Shown piece after piece: positions 28,051 to 43,266 of a stretch of DNA of 64,000 nt. Numbering within the stretch: the first letter of the stretch is position 1; each line of letters starts with the position of its first letter. Source of the stretch: Octopus sinensis (taxonomy: Eukaryota); contig NC_042997.1 of assembly GCF_006345805.1 (NCBI RefSeq), positions 46,810,001-46,874,000 on the forward strand. Reading direction: 5' to 3'. The notes under the pieces were generated by a model. The model was not told where the DNA came from and did not search any database. It worked only from the letters and a program-made list of their open reading frames with translations. Made by a program: the position numbers and the translations under genes.

Positions 28051-28632
28051 AAGGCGGCGAACTGGCAGAAACGTTAGCACTCCCAGCGGAATGCTTAGCG
28101 GTATTTCGTCTGTCACTACGTTCTGAGTTCAAATTCTGGCGAGGTCGACTTTGCCTTTCATTCTTTCGGGGTCGATTAATTAAGTACCAGTTACGCACTA
28201 GGGTCGATATAATCGACTTAATCCGTTTGTCTCTCCTTGTTTGTCCCCTCTGTGTTTAGCCCCTTGTGGGTAGTAAAGAAATAGGTATTTCGTCTGTCAT
28301 TACGTTCTGAGTTCAAATTCCGCCGAGGTCAACTTTGACTTTCTTCCTTTTGGGGTCGATTAAATAAGTACCAGTTACGCACTGGGGTCGATATAATTGA
28401 CTTAATCCGTTTGTCTGTCCTTGTTTGTCCTCTCTGTGTGTAGCCTCTTGTAGACAGTAAAAAAATAAGTATTTCTTCTGTCATTACGTTCTGAGTTCAA
28501 ATTCTTCCGAGGTCTACTTTGCCTTTCATCCTTTCGGGATCGATAAATTAAGTGTCGGTTGCGTACTGGGGTAGATCTAATCAACTGGTCCTCAACCTCA
28601 AAATTTCAGGCCTTATGCCTAGAGTAGAAAAG
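28051..28632 (+). mobile_element. Trimeric SINE-A
   Basis: Units 28051-28283, 28284-28467 and 28468-28632. Units 2 and 3 restart at (G/A)GTATTTC.TCTG and lack the A-box head. Confidence 0.88.
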
Positions 28633-28685
28633 TATGTATACATGTATACGCAGCCACCCCTCCCCACACATATATATATATATAT

Positions 28686-28737
<52 letters not shown>

Positions 28738-29228
28738 TATATATATACATAGATATATATATATGCACGCACACATAGAAGCAGAGATATACATGGATAT
28801 TGTATGTGTTTGTAACTTTACGTCACCGTCGCAATTGCTTCATTCTTCTAATTTCTTGCCAATCCCGAAAAATTAATATGAGATAAGTTATCAATATTGC
28901 CTGAGCCTTTTTATTTTCTAGAATAATCAGAATCATAGCAATATATTTATGATATTATAGTTCACACGCACACAAATACACCCATATGAGTGAGTGTGCG
29001 AGTGCGCAAATACATGTTTGTCTGTGTGGAAATAGAGAGCGTAGTGTGTCTGTACGGGTTAGTGTGTATTTGCCTATGAATATTTATTACCAGCGGAAAT
29101 ACTAAGGAAGAAATATATCATCTTATTTTAATCTTATTTACTTCCCTCTGAATCCTATCCGCCCTCTCACTGTGTACATACATACATACAAACAGACCCA
29201 TATATATGTATGTATATATATAAATGAG

Positions 29229-29353
<125 letters not shown>

Positions 29354-29749
29354 AATACATGTATTTATGTATATGATGTACCGTAATAAATAGCTGTATA
29401 CATGCTAACATGTACATTTCTCCATCAGTCTTTCTGCTGTATATCTCTGCATCCATACATGATATGAGTTTTAGACAATAGAACGGTTAAACAATATTCC
29501 ATACCAATATCAAATTGCTTCCTACTTAATAGCAAAAGCTTTTAGGAAGAGAGCAAGAATATGTGCTTTTTGGCAATGAGTGACAGGAGATTTTGGCAGG
29601 AAAATATTGAAGGACCACATAGGGATGTTTTTCATATAACATTATAACGATCAAAAAACAATACATTCATATTCATTTTTGCCTTGTCATATGTACGTGA
29701 AAGATTGTATTTGTATTTAGATCAATGCTTCTCTCTCTCTCTCTATCTC

Positions 29750-29792
<43 letters not shown>

Positions 29793-29803
29793 ATCTATCT
29801 ATC

Positions 29804-29912
<109 letters not shown>

Positions 29913-30046
29913 CTATCTATGAATCTATCTACATATATAGACAGACAGATACAAACAGATATTGATATGTTAAAATATATAAATATATATATTATATTAA
30001 TACATATATGAATCACTCTCTCATTTTCTCTCTCTCTCTTTCTCTT

Positions 30047-30087
<41 letters not shown>

Positions 30088-30341
30088 GAGCATATTATTT
30101 ATGTACACATATTTATAAACCTACACAAGTATATGCTGATACACAGATTCACATATTAATATAAAAATGATTTGTAAGACAGGCTATTTGTAACTTTATG
30201 CAAATACTAGCACATTTATAAATAATTGATAATTATATACTTAAGGATATATTTGTCTGTCTATACATGCAGGGACGCACAGAAACACACACATATATGG
30301 CCGTGTGTGTATACAAGCGCACACACACATAATATACAAGA

Positions 30342-30393
<52 letters not shown>

Positions 30394-31141
30394 TATATAT
30401 ATACGCATATATACATATATATACATATGGATATATACAAGAGAGCAAGTAGAACAGGCGATGTGCTGAATAACAAAGGTTAAGTTAACAGGAATAACGT
30501 GTATATATGTACAAAACATGACGTATGTTTTGCACACTGGTTTCGCCTCCGCACACACAACACACACACACACACAACACACACACACACACACACACAC
30601 ACACCACACACACACACACACACATGAATTATAATATCTGCACAGTTAGAGGCATACATTGAATACACTACCCTCATCCGTTCGACACACACATACGTAT
30701 TTACCTGCTCACTTTTGTTTACAGGTACACTTATTTATGGAAACTTGTTTTTTCGTATATCTGTGTTCATTGTCAGATGCTTTTGTTTTCAGTGTTACGT
30801 GTGAATACTTGAACATATCGATCGAGGCACCAGTTTTCCATGCACTTTGACATTCACGCTACTTTAGAAGGACGCAAACATACATTTATATAAAAATACA
30901 TGCACACACAAATTCATAAGTATAAGTATATATATATTTACATTTATAAATTCACACACACACACTCACACATAAATATGCATATATATATATATATATA
31001 TATACATACATACATACATACATACATACATACATACACACACACATATATATATATATATATGTGTGTGTGTATGTATATATATGTGTATATATATGTG
31101 TATATAAATATGCATATATATATACATATACATACATACAT

Positions 31142-31180
<39 letters not shown>

Positions 31181-31648
31181 GTATGTATATATATGTGTGT
31201 GTGTGTGAATTTATGAATGTAAATATATATATATTTATATATGTAAATATATATATATTTATAAATATAAATATATATCTATATATATATATACATATAT
31301 GCATATGTGTGTGCGTATAGACGTATATATGTATATACATAAGCTTGTATACGTATATATGTGTGTATATGTATATATAATTACACAACACATATTACAC
31401 CTATTATACATATAATACATTGAGTGTATAGTTAAGCGCCTAAACTGCAAAGTAATTTGTACGCACAGGTGCTAAAATTATATCTATACGATTCTTCTAA
31501 TTTTGATATAACTACAATTCATATGTTACATTCGAAATCATCAGTGGGCGAAGAGAAGTCTTATAATAATACTTCTTTAATCCATATTAAGACGATGTCG
31601 ACTAGTTTTGTCAGCAGCACAAATTGTAACAGAAGTACTTGGTGAACA

Positions 31649-32047
31649 TCTTTATATATAAAAGTCAAGTTGTGTGTCTGTCTCCTACGATTTAGATTCC
31701 TAACTACTCCCACATTTTGCGGTGCAGTTTAACCAAAACGGGGTATTTTATAGTCGTGATTCATATCGAGTCCTTCTGGGTAATAGCGCGCGTCTATGAT
31801 GATTCTACGATTAAAAAAAAAAATTACCATCATTTTTCCCATTTTAATGCATTTTCTCGCTTTTATATAAGGGAGGTAACTCTCTAAAAATGTCTACGAT
31901 GAGTCAACGATTAAAAAAAAAATTACCATCATTTTCTTTCCATTTTTAATGCATTTTTTTTTTGCTATGTTTTGGCTATAACTCTCTAAAAATGCTTATA
32001 TAGTTATTTTCCTTACAAACCCGAGCAACGCCGGGCGATACTGCTAG
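31649..32047 (+). mobile_element. Non-autonomous Helitron, same family as 21958
   Basis: A|TC start, CCCGAGCAACGCCGGG hairpin, CTAG|T end, inserted between A and T with no TSD; contains an internal duplicated subunit. Confidence 0.85.
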
Positions 32048-32179
32048 TATATATATAAATGTACGTATATTCGCATCCATACCCCGCGTATATGTCAACA
32101 GTGACGTTTATACACAAAACACATCAGGTTATACCGAAAGTATGGTCAAAGTTGGCATAACATTTTGATTAACAACAAC

Positions 32180-33260
32180 ATAAGCCATTGAAATTTTAAC
32201 TGTTGTTAGACAACCTTTCCTCTTTAGTAACCTTTTGTCTTGTTGCTCTTCATTAAGGGAACGGAGTATGCTTAAATATCTTCTCTGATCTGCAGGAAGC
32301 TTATAAAGCCAATGAAGACACCTCTTTTTCCGATTTGATAATAAGCGATGAAACGTGTGCTTTTGGATGGAAGCACTCCGTCGGTTACGACGACGAGGGT
32401 TCCGGTTGATCCGAATCAACGGAACAGCCTGCTTGTGAAATTAACGTGTAAGTGGCTGGGCACTCCACAGACACGTGTACCCATAACGTAGTTCTCGGGG
32501 ATATTCAGCGTGACACAGAGAGTGACAAGGCCGGCCCTTTGAAATACAGGTACAACAGAAACAGGAAGTAAGAGTGAGAGAAAGTTGTGGTGAAAGAGTA
32601 CAGCAGGGATCACCACCATCCCCTGCCGGAGCCTCGTGGAGCTTTAGGTGTTTTCACTCAATAAACACTCACAACGCCCGGTCTCGGAATCGAAACCGCG
32701 ATCCTATGACCGCGAGTCCGCTGCCCTAACCGCTGGGCCATTGCGCCTTCACCGTGTGCTTTTATCTATCATCCGGATGCAGAGTCACATGCTATGGAAT
32801 TGCATCACACTGTTTTCCTAATGCCGAAGGTGTTCAAGAGCTGGCAATCGCTACAGAATGCCATGGTGATTGATTTGGTTCTATTTTCTTTTTACAATAA
32901 CGAGTGACAATTCTTCCTGCAATTGTATTGCAAAGAGCGAGTAGTAGATTAAGACAAAGAGATTGAAGATGAATCTAAAACGATTCGCATTGACCATAAC
33001 AGCAGTTATATCTGTTCCTACAAGTCAGGCTATCGGCAAATTTGGTAGACTTGTACTGACTCTAATGTTCACCTATTTGGTCCAATGAAAGACAATTTCG
33101 TGGAAGAGCGACTTGATGTCAAAAATGGATGTGAAATGGTTATAAAGAAATGAACACAACTGTGCTAACTTTTTTTTAAGAGTTTTTGAGTTATGTGTTG
33201 TATATTGGCACAAATGCATCGCTTGTGATGTAAACTGTTGCGAGGTATTTTTATATAGAG
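32180..33260 (+). pseudogene. Old mariner transposase remnant interrupted by a SINE
   Basis: LQEAYKANEDTSFSDLIISDETCAF|IYHPDAESHAMELHH..PKVFKS (decayed GDETW..Y.PE.K.QS region) and TDSNVHLFGPMKD (SD.HLF motif). Ends are approximate. Confidence 0.7.
32365..32752 (-). mobile_element. tRNA-headed SINE, family D, with 11-bp TSD
   Basis: Head GTGAAGGCGCAATGGCCCAGCGGTTAGG..GTTTCGATTCC, tail GTCGTAACCGACGGAGTGCTTCCATCC, flanked by CGTGTGCTTTT at 32354-32364 and 32753-32763. Confidence 0.9.
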
Positions 33261-33368
33261 GAAGAATTATTCTACCATATTCGATTTGAACGGCTTACGT
33301 CAATTAATAAAAAAAGACATATCCGCACTTGCAATATTTTCAGAACTACCTGGAGTATTATATTTTCG

Positions 33369-33402
<34 letters not shown>

Positions 33403-33685
33403 CCGTGCAGAAAAAAAAGATGGTTACGTGAGGAAAAGAAAGATGGACGTTGGTAACGTATGAGCAACGAGAGAGAGAGAGAGAGAAAGAGAAAAAGAGG
33501 AAGGTAAGGGACCGATAGAAAACGGTGAAGGGGAGAAGGAGAATTAGAGAAGGAAGGGGGGAAAACACTAAAGAGTAGAGTCGCATCAACAAGGTCAAGA
33601 TAAGCATACTTGGAAATGGATGCGTGGATTCAATTAAATAATAATACAAATAATATATATGCATATATATATATACATATATATA

Positions 33686-33763
<78 letters not shown>

Positions 33764-34058
33764 ATATCTGCATATTTAGGTACAGGATGTCACCAAATGT
33801 AACAACATGAAGTACGAAAACAAGCGAGTTAAATACGCAAATTACGTGAGAAAAAATTGAAAACAGGACAAATAACAAAAAATGACCCTTCTTCAGTTGT
33901 CGGCTTTCTTTCTACTCCTCATTTTGAACAATTAACGACAATATGAGCCTTCGAAACAGTTGCTCCTATAACTTCTAAAATACATTTTGGATTTTATGGA
34001 GGATCAAATTTGGGAACAAAACAGGACAGTGGAGACATACAAGCATATATATATATAT

Positions 34059-34093
<35 letters not shown>

Positions 34094-34569
34094 GAGGGGA
34101 GGAGATAGATAGATAGATAAATAGATATATATACACACATACATTCAAATACAGAGAATAAATGAAAACTAGTCAGTATAGAAAACACATGCTTTTGCCA
34201 ATTTTCTCTTGATGAATGAAGCCGGGCTTGTAATAACATATCTGTGGGAATATCTCCTGGTTGCATACACATGACATTTTACACATTACATCTGCAAATT
34301 GTGAATATTGCAATTACTATGTTATTCCAAGCTTCCTCAAAGAGCTGTCGAGTTAGTATTCTGTAATTTTTATGCTCTAAGTATATTTGTATATATGTGT
34401 ATAAGTATAATACGTGTCCATCTTCATGACTAAATGTAGATATGCATCTGTGTATATTCATGTGTATATATATCTATCTGTCTGTTTGACTGTCTATCTC
34501 GTTCTCTCTCTCTCTCTCTCTCTGCAAATATGTATGTGCGTGTGTGTGTTTATGTGTGTTTATATATTG

Positions 34570-36230
34570 ACGCAAGAGATGTGAACGAAGTCGATCCTAA
34601 ACATATAATCTCAGACATAACCTTTACTACTTCAGACATCATAGCTGAATTAAATGAGAGCATATGCTATTCTGTTGTAGGTTCTGATAGTTGCACAGCT
34701 GGTGTCCTGAAGGAATGTAGACACCAGTTTGCAGTCCCTCTAACCAGCCTCTAGAGAAATTCTTTACACCCAGGTCCTATACCGAAACATCTCTTATACC
34801 AGTCTGCCATCTTGATTTTCAAACAGAGAAATAGATCCCTCCAAGTCACCCAATTTCACTCACCTCCCATATCATCAAAGTGTTTGAAAGGGTGGTGAGA
34901 TCAAGGATAGCTGGTTTCATGGAGAACCACAATCTTCTAAATTCAAACTAACATGGCTTTCGCTGCGGCAGGGACTGACTACCACAGCTTTTACATCACA
35001 TCAACGATGTCCTTAAAGCCTTGGAACAGGTTCGAACTCTGATGTCATATATCTTGATTTCAGCAAAGCGTTCGACATAGTCGACCACAATATCCTACTG
35101 TCAAAACTGTCAAACATTGGAATCCTTGGAAAACTACTACGCTGGATTGAGTATTTCCAGAAGAACAGAACACATTATGTTGTGATCGGTGGAATCCACT
35201 CAAGCCCAGCTAAACTCAGCAGTGGTGTTGCTCAGGGGACAGTCTTGGGCCCTCTTCTGTTCATAGTCTATCTAAACGATATTTCAAACATCATCAAACA
35301 CAGCAATATGAAAATATTTGCCAATGACTCAAAGCCCAAGAAAATTATCAACAGAGAAGAAGACCGAACTGAACTCCAGTCTGATCTAAATGCTGTAAGT
35401 CAATGGGGAAAGACAAACAAAACGTAACTAAACGAGGGAAAATTTGAACTGATGCATCATGGACAAAAGACTGTGCTAAAACAACCGTATTTTCTTCTTT
35501 TGGGGGAACCACTCACAGCATGTAATAATATCAGAGACCTAGAAGTATCGTAGGCAACATTCTCAGCTTGAGTGCACACATCAGCAATAAGGTCGATATA
35601 GCTCGAAGGATGAGCTCCTCCGTAAGTCAGCACCTCGAGTACTGCTGCTCCTTGTGGTCTCCCCAACAAAAAACAATACATTTCCAAAATTGAATCACCC
35701 CAGAGGGCATTCACTAAAAGAATTAATGGCGTGACCGATCGCAATTATTGGGACTACCTTAAAGCATTGAGACTCTATTCTCTCCAGCACCGTGGTGAAC
35801 GATATATCATTTGTACGATGTGGAGAATATACCACCAGCATTGCCCAAACAACCTCAAATTTAGTTTCAGAATTCATCAAAGGCTAGGACCGCGGGCCAG
35901 TTCCCCTACCCAATTCAGGAGCACACAAATATACTGCAGTACATCTTTTCCTCTATAGGCACTACCCTATTTAACGTTGTCCCAATACAGATCAGAGAGG
36001 AAAAGGATTCCAGTGAACGGAATCTGGACATATTTCTTCAAGGGATACCAGATAAGCCACATATGCCTGGATACAACTCACTCAACAAAAACCCCATACT
36101 CGAATAGGCCATGATACCAGAAAACTTGACATAAAAAGGATTTAGCAAATCCTATCAGGTGTTGCTATTAAGTTACACATAGCCTAGAGCAATCCTTGGT
36201 CGAAACATATCTAAGTTATCTAAGATATAT
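34570..36230 (+). mobile_element. CR1/Jockey-group LINE, 5'-truncated RT remnant
   Basis: ISLTSHIIKVFERVV, HGFR, VIYLDFSKAFDIVDH, SGVAQGTVLGPLLF, IFANDSK (decayed YADD box), IESPQRAFTKRI, then a 3' UTR ending in CTAAGTTATCTAAG. Stops and frameshifts present. Confidence 0.9.
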
Positions 36231-37619
36231 ACGTATGTATTTATGTATATATGTATAAATACATTTCACGCCTAATTGCGTTTATCTGCATCATTATCTC
36301 CACACATTCAAATATGAACGCAATATATTCATATATTTATGATATATAATGTGCATTATATATTATTATGTGTGTGTTCGCCACATGCGTGCTTGTGTAT
36401 CTCTATATTTATATATATGTGCATATAACTTCGGTGAGCTCACAGTATAATATTGGTTATCGCAGTATATCTGAATAACATCGATAGTTTATATGAACCA
36501 TACAAGTTCATATGATAAAATATAGTACTTTATATATCACTGTCTGGCCCACTTCTGGTTCAGAATCAACGATTTCTTTTACATTAAATGTGATAACATT
36601 TCGGTTTTGATAAAAACAATAAATAAATTAACATACAACATGTCTATATTATCTCCTACAGACCTGTTTTGTTTTTCTGAAACTTAAAATTCACTACTTT
36701 TAATTGCATAAATTAATGAAAGATCGCAAACTGAATTACATGCTCTTTCGAATTAAATTAGTATAAGCGCCACAGAAACTTTGTTAGTTGCTTTTTAATC
36801 CTAAGTTCTATTTCGCACTATAGTTACACCTACAATAAATGAATTTAATAGTAAACCAATAGTTTAATTTAGACAAGATTGTATTGTGAACTCATTTATT
36901 TATATTGTGTATTCTTACATTCTACTGACTTTGCCTCGTGTATTTTCAATAACATAATAATCAATTAATTTTCTACCAATCGTTGATAACAGACTATGAT
37001 TTCCAGTTTAAGATGTGGAGTGTTTGAAAAACTAATCAAATAGTATCTTACACACTGGTTTATTTATTTTCCCCACGATTGCATATAACTATCTTTGTCC
37101 AGTGACAAACTCAGTTAAGATTTTTTTTGCTTTCCTTTATACTACTCTAAAACTTACCGCTTCATATATATCTAAATTTCGAAATTAAAAGATTTGCTTC
37201 TTTATAATATTTCAATAGACACCCAAGGTATTCAACGGTCTTTAACAACGAACAAAACAGGATATATATTGATTGGTTTCATTTTATAGAATAACCAATA
37301 ACTTATCCTCATTTATTTTCATTTTAAATATTTATGCTATTAATATAAAACCATAATGATTGACGACATTTTTTAATAAGCATCTTTCCTCCCTACCCTT
37401 CTACCACCTACACTTCCACCATTTCCCTATGTTTCACATGATATTCCTTTTCTGCAGTTTTTTCTTTTTTATTTTTGACATACTCCTATCCTACTCCTAT
37501 TCTTAATATATATATCTGAAAATGTCTTCAAAAAATTCTTCACATTGCCAGAAAAAATATTTCGAAAAGAATTCTCTAAAACGGCTGACATATCCTAAAC
37601 AGTACGCTGCTTCAATCCT

Positions 37620-38040
37620 CACCATTGCTTCAAATTTTAGGCTGCTTTATTCCTGAGGATCTGATCCCATTTCGAAATCACATACCCAAAATTGAACAGA
37701 CAGCATCTCGAATACTGATGTTTCTAATTAAGGTAAGAAAATAGTTAGACTGCATGAACTAGTAACTTTTTTAAAAATTCGGGAGAAACCCACACTAGAG
37801 TACAGCTTCTTCATCTGGGACTATGCTGTTTTCAGATATCTTAGAGCATATCCAGATAATAACCGCTCTATTGATTCGCAGGATATAACTCACAAATATA
37901 ATTCAGCCTCCAACACAGATTTCTGTCACTTCCCTCAACCGATTTTATAAAGTTGATCTTGGGCACAATTATCTCTCATTCTGGCTACCATCATTCTATG
38001 TCCAACCATCAAGGCCTCCCATAATTCTCTGATATGTCAT
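37620..38040 (+). mobile_element. Very old CR1-like LINE 3' fragment
   Basis: KPTLEYSFFIWD..LEHIQ resembles the RP.LEY...W.P...LE.VQ region downstream of the RT. Confidence 0.35.
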
Positions 38041-38989
38041 CCGTATTTATATCTTTCTGAAGTCGTGGTATTATTAGTCGCGAATGTATGGAAAACTATT
38101 GATATGGGCCACTAATCCTAATCAAAATAAGGAATATGTTGCTATTATTTACAAAAGAAACAAAAATTATTCAATACAAGGAGTAGATGTTAGATATGTG
38201 GGGAAACAGTTGAGGACTGGCGCATTTATTTGCGGAGTAACTCTCACAGGTAATCATACAACTGAGATCATTCGAGCAATGTACGGTGAATAAAGCAGCT
38301 AAACTGATTTTCATTCGTCAAAGCCAACCAGGAAGTGGAGCATATAACAAAACAGGGATGTTAAATAGTTTCTGTATGAGGTTGTTCGTGTGTAAGGGAA
38401 AGAAACAGAGCAACATATACTGTGGTCCAGAGCAGCAACTTTGCGGCGCTTTCTTGGTCAGCTAGATTCTTGGAGATTCGGAGAAATTATTCGGAAGTCA
38501 ACTTCATAATATTTTTTATTCCCGAATATGCACATAATCGCATTCAAAATAAGGAATCTATATGACTAAATAAATATCGTAGTCCTATCTTATGAAAATA
38601 AACAATACTAAAGCACAAAAAAGCAGCTCAACCACCAATAACATGATATACGTAGAAGTAGTAAAACTAACTCCCAACTCCTAATAGAAGATTATATATT
38701 ACTACTCTTATCACATATTTTATAGCCTAAGGATCTCAAAATCAATTTTCTTTCCGTTTCTAAATGTAGGTCAATCAATGCCCCAAAAATGTACATTACA
38801 GCTAGTTAGAAAATGCATTCAAGGAGTAGTTAGCCGTAAAAATAGATTTATTACGAAACTATAACAATGAAATATCTGCAACGCCATTATTAAATGATTT
38901 CACAGTATTGAAACAAAACGTCCTACAGATGCAACCAAATCGATAAAGTGGACTATATTTCTGTCTCTAAATCCCATTTACCACAATTA

Positions 38990-39500
38990 GTGACCTCAAT
39001 ATGGGAATACTAATGAATTTTAAACAGTTGCTGTTGTAACAAAACTATTCCTACCAGGGTGGGTGTCAAAGATGGGTGACTAATGTTGCTATACTATGAG
39101 TTGAGCCGACTGATCACGGAGGACTGTATTTTTGCCACACATAGAAAGCACCGGCCCAGAAAACTCAATAAGAGAAGTTGGATTAGCAATTTCTTATAAC
39201 ATTAAGGGCCACGCCTTCGATATTTGAATATTATTGCACAGAACATCGAAGAAAGTGTATTAAGCAAGAGGACACGCCACAACATAACAATAGCTATGTT
39301 TCAAATATTGCAATAAAATTAAACCTACCACTTCACAAGCTATACGAGGAAATATATACTGCAATTAGAATCAGCAGAAACTTGTAATATGATACAGGAG
39401 TAATAAACAGATTTGACAGAAGAACTATACTCACCTTTTCAATAAAGAGCAAGGAAGACGAATATAAGCTGTTATATTCCACAATTATATTTAGGTAGCT
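38990..39500 (+). mobile_element. Possible decayed LINE APE-endonuclease fragment
   Basis: Patchy similarity only (STGPENSIREVGLAIS resembles SG......GVG). Many stops. Confidence 0.25.
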
Positions 39501-39691
39501 TCCAAAATAGTTAGTAATTTATATCACTATTAAAATATCATTTACCATCTACGCACAAATACGTGAATCTCTTTAACACCCCTAACGCCAATGTCAGCTA
39601 TTTCTGCTTCATAGTATTGATAGCTATATCACACAAGATATACACACGTATATGCAAGCTGGATTATATGTTTGTATAAATATCTGCATAT

Positions 39692-40094
39692 AGGCGCAGG
39701 AGTGGCTGTGTGGTAAGTAGCTTGCTAACCAACCACATGGTTCCGGGTTCAGTCCCACTGCGTGGCATCTTGGGCAAGTGTCTTCTGCTATGGCGCCGGG
39801 CCGACCAATGCCTTGTGAGTGGATTTGGTAGACGGAAACTGAAAGAAGCCTGTCGTATATATGCATATATATATGTGTGTGTGTGTTTGTGTGTCTGTGT
39901 TTGTCCCCCTAGCATTGCTTGACAACCGATGCTGGTGTGTTTACGTCCCCGTAACATAGCGGTTCGGCAAAAGAGACCGATAGAATAAGTACTGGGCTTA
40001 CAAAGAATAAGTCCCGGGGTCGATTTGGTCGACTAAAGGCGGTGCTCCTGCATGGCCGCAGTCAAATGACTCAAACAAGTTAAAGAGTAAAGAG
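39692..40094 (+). mobile_element. SINE family B, full copy
   Basis: AGGCGCAGGAGTGGCTGTGTGG head, short TA/TG spacer, tail ending AAAGAGTAAAGAG. Confidence 0.92.
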
Positions 40095-41249
40095 AGATAT
40101 ACTTTCATACATAAAATTACAATCTATATTTGTTGAAAAAACATTCTTTATGGTCTAGAACCAGTCTCTTGTTTTCATTAATGAGGAACTGATAAAATAA
40201 AATAAAACCACACATAAATTTCTTTATTCTTCTACCGATGTCATTCATTGATCATGTTACAAGTGTCATATTCTGATTTTAGATGAGTATATCGCACAAA
40301 TACATGAACAGAACTGATTCCTAGACCTTGAAAACAGGAAAGTACGGTCCATCGGAGAATGATATTCGAAGACGCTCCAAATAAAGAAGCTCGCTAAATA
40401 CCACAACGTAATTTATCCATACTGATCCCCGCATCTCCAGCATTTAACTATTACTTTTAAAATTTCCTCTCGTAACACAACTCTTTTGCCTTCGTATGAG
40501 TAAGTTAACTTATACAGATATATACATTCATATACACACATAGAAACATTTATGTTTATGGGTGTGAGTGAGTGTGTGTGTATGTGTGTGTTTGTACAAG
40601 TGCGTATGTACATAATGTATAATCATGTAGTTGGATACATATACACACAAACACTCACATACGGAACCTTTCATCTCGTACATAAACATATGCACACTTA
40701 TATACGTCTCTCTCTCTCTCTCTGTATATATATATATATACACATACATACATACATACATAGGTACATACATACATACATATATGCATTTACTTATGTA
40801 CATACATATATACATAATTACATCCATGCATAAATACATTCATATTTGCGTATATATGTGTATGTATGTAAATATAAAATGTCGATTCAATAAAAGATAC
40901 AAGCAACGGTTTCGTTTTTTCTCAAAAGAAATTTTGAAAGGGATCAATAAATATTAATTTACGTAATGTATTGATGACTTGACAGAATATCGTTTTTAAT
41001 GTATTCAAATGTTTCCTTACTTCACCTTAATGTTTTAAATAAAAGCACGTTACACAAAATAAAGCATATGAATTAATTAAGGCTATATACGGAATTATAC
41101 ATTCTAATGTTCGTAACAATGACCTTTGGTATTATAACTTCCAGACAACATGCTAATCTAACTATTGCTAAAAGATTTCGACCTTGCAGTTTGTTTTGAA
41201 CCGAAGTCGATATCTAGAATGACTATTCCGTTGCTGTAGCCTTGAAAAT

Positions 41250-42000
41250 TAGTTTTTCAAAGAAAATTATGCATCTTACGATTGAGCATTGACAAACGTA
41301 TCATAGAGTATATAAATTAACTAATCCTATAAAAGAAATTATTTCTAACTTCGACTGATATAACATGCGTGATGTTAATAAGGCTGCTGATAAGATACAA
41401 GCAGAAATTGCGTTCCTTTGATTGTGAGACTTACATGGACTTCCGATTGGTTATAACTATCAAATTGTTGTAGAAGGCAAGACACTTTCAACGTTATGAT
41501 TTCATTTCCAGTAACGACCGAATTTGTTTTCGAATTTCAAATGTCGATGGAATAGGCATGTGAACATGTGATATAATAAAGTTACTTCAAACGATTATGT
41601 GAAGGAGATCGCCCCATAACTTTTTATATGCTGTTGGATTATCATCGAAGAATTATTCTCCAGAAAAATAAAATGAAAGCTTCAAAGGTTAGTGAAACTG
41701 ATAGAACCCATTCCGCACTGAACTACTAAACTATAAATTTCAGGTGAAGGAATTAAATTGGATGAAAGGACTCAGTCAGTATTTAACTTTGAAACGCATG
41801 GATCACTGAGTGAAGCCTTTTAAAGTAAACCATCACTCGTTCTCTATCCACTAACCCCTTTATACTTTAGTTGACCATGTGCTTAGTGAAAATAAATCTC
41901 TACGAATTTATAGAATTATATAAGAAGAAAGCTCTCACTAAAGCCTTAATGCAACCATGTGTCGATTTTAGGAAGAAAGTTATTCAGCAACGTTATACAT
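41250..42000 (+). pseudogene. Possible pogo/Tigger-type transposase remnant
   Basis: LHGLPIGYN..FSNFKCRWN (CENP-B HTH-like), NYSPEK.NES, and GIKLDERT..GS..F.SKP (start of a DDE_1-like domain). Heavily decayed. Confidence 0.4.
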
Positions 42001-42661
42001 GAAAATAAAAACAACATGAATGGGTTATTATACTAATTTCTTTTTTATCCACAACAAATACACAGCTTTAATGCAAGTCTGCAGAAATCAATATTAATTT
42101 TAATATGAGGACTAAGAATAACCGAAACTTGGAAGTCATACTGAGAAATGGCTATGAATTCTGGACGCGCTAACAGGTAATTAATTATGCCGAACCATTA
42201 TTCTAATGTGCATAAATTTTTGCAGTTCGGTTCGTGTTTATAAAGAATAGCGAACTGTTAAATCTAAACTATTTATGGCACTCTGAAGGGATTTAAACAC
42301 ATTTCAATTTACTTGCTTTCCCAGGTGTGAATGATCCAAGATATTTTATCATATGTTTGGAGAATGTCAAAATATCGTCGTGTTAATGATAGTGAAAAGA
42401 AGAAATATCTTTTTATTAATTATTATATTTGCAAATTTATGCTACCAAATGAGATGAGAATATTTTCTAATGAAACTAAGTAGTGGCATAACTAAATATA
42501 ACCCAACATATAAATAGTATTTATCGAACTTCCATATGTGTGCGTGTGTGTGCGTGTGTGTGTACGTGTGTGTGCGTGTGTGTATACGTGTGTGTGCGTG
42601 TGTGTATTTGTGTATATATCTATGTGTGTGTGTGTGTACAAATATATATACATATATACAT

Positions 42662-42721
<60 letters not shown>

Positions 42722-42988
42722 GTAAATCAGACACACAGACACCAAGCACAAACAGACACACTCACACATGCACACACATAGATATACTCAGAGACGCGTG
42801 CGCGCTCAAACAAGGAACAGTATGTCCTTTAAATATGTTTCACCAACAATTCATTATCGTAGCTGCCACCATAATCATCATCACCAGCATTATGATCATG
42901 ATACACTGTTTGGCGTTATTCGTGTTTTAATCACTCAAATTATGCGCGCTGTCAAGGCACAACCCATGGCCTAGGTCGAAGGACATAT

Positions 42989-43235
42989 ACTCTTTTACTC
43001 TTTTACTTGTTTGACTATGGCCATGGTGGAGCACCGCGTTTAGTCGAGCACTTCGACCCCCGGACTTATTCTTTGTAAGCCTAGTACTTATTCTATCGGC
43101 CTCTTTTGCCGAACCGCTAGGTTACGGGAACGTAAACACACCAGCATCGGTTGCCAAGCGATGTTTGGGGGACAAACACACACACACAAACATACACACA
43201 CACGCACACACACGCACACACACACATACACACAC

Positions 43236-43266
<31 letters not shown>

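Noticed and set aside
28051-28632. CRISPR-like repeated units
   Set aside because: The units are SINE bodies of about 180 bp with no unique spacers, there are no cas genes, and the context is eukaryotic.
33860-33900. Hammerhead at minus-strand CTGAAGAAGGGTC
   Set aside because: Only the 5' half of the core is present; there is no complementary stem-II strand or GAAA.
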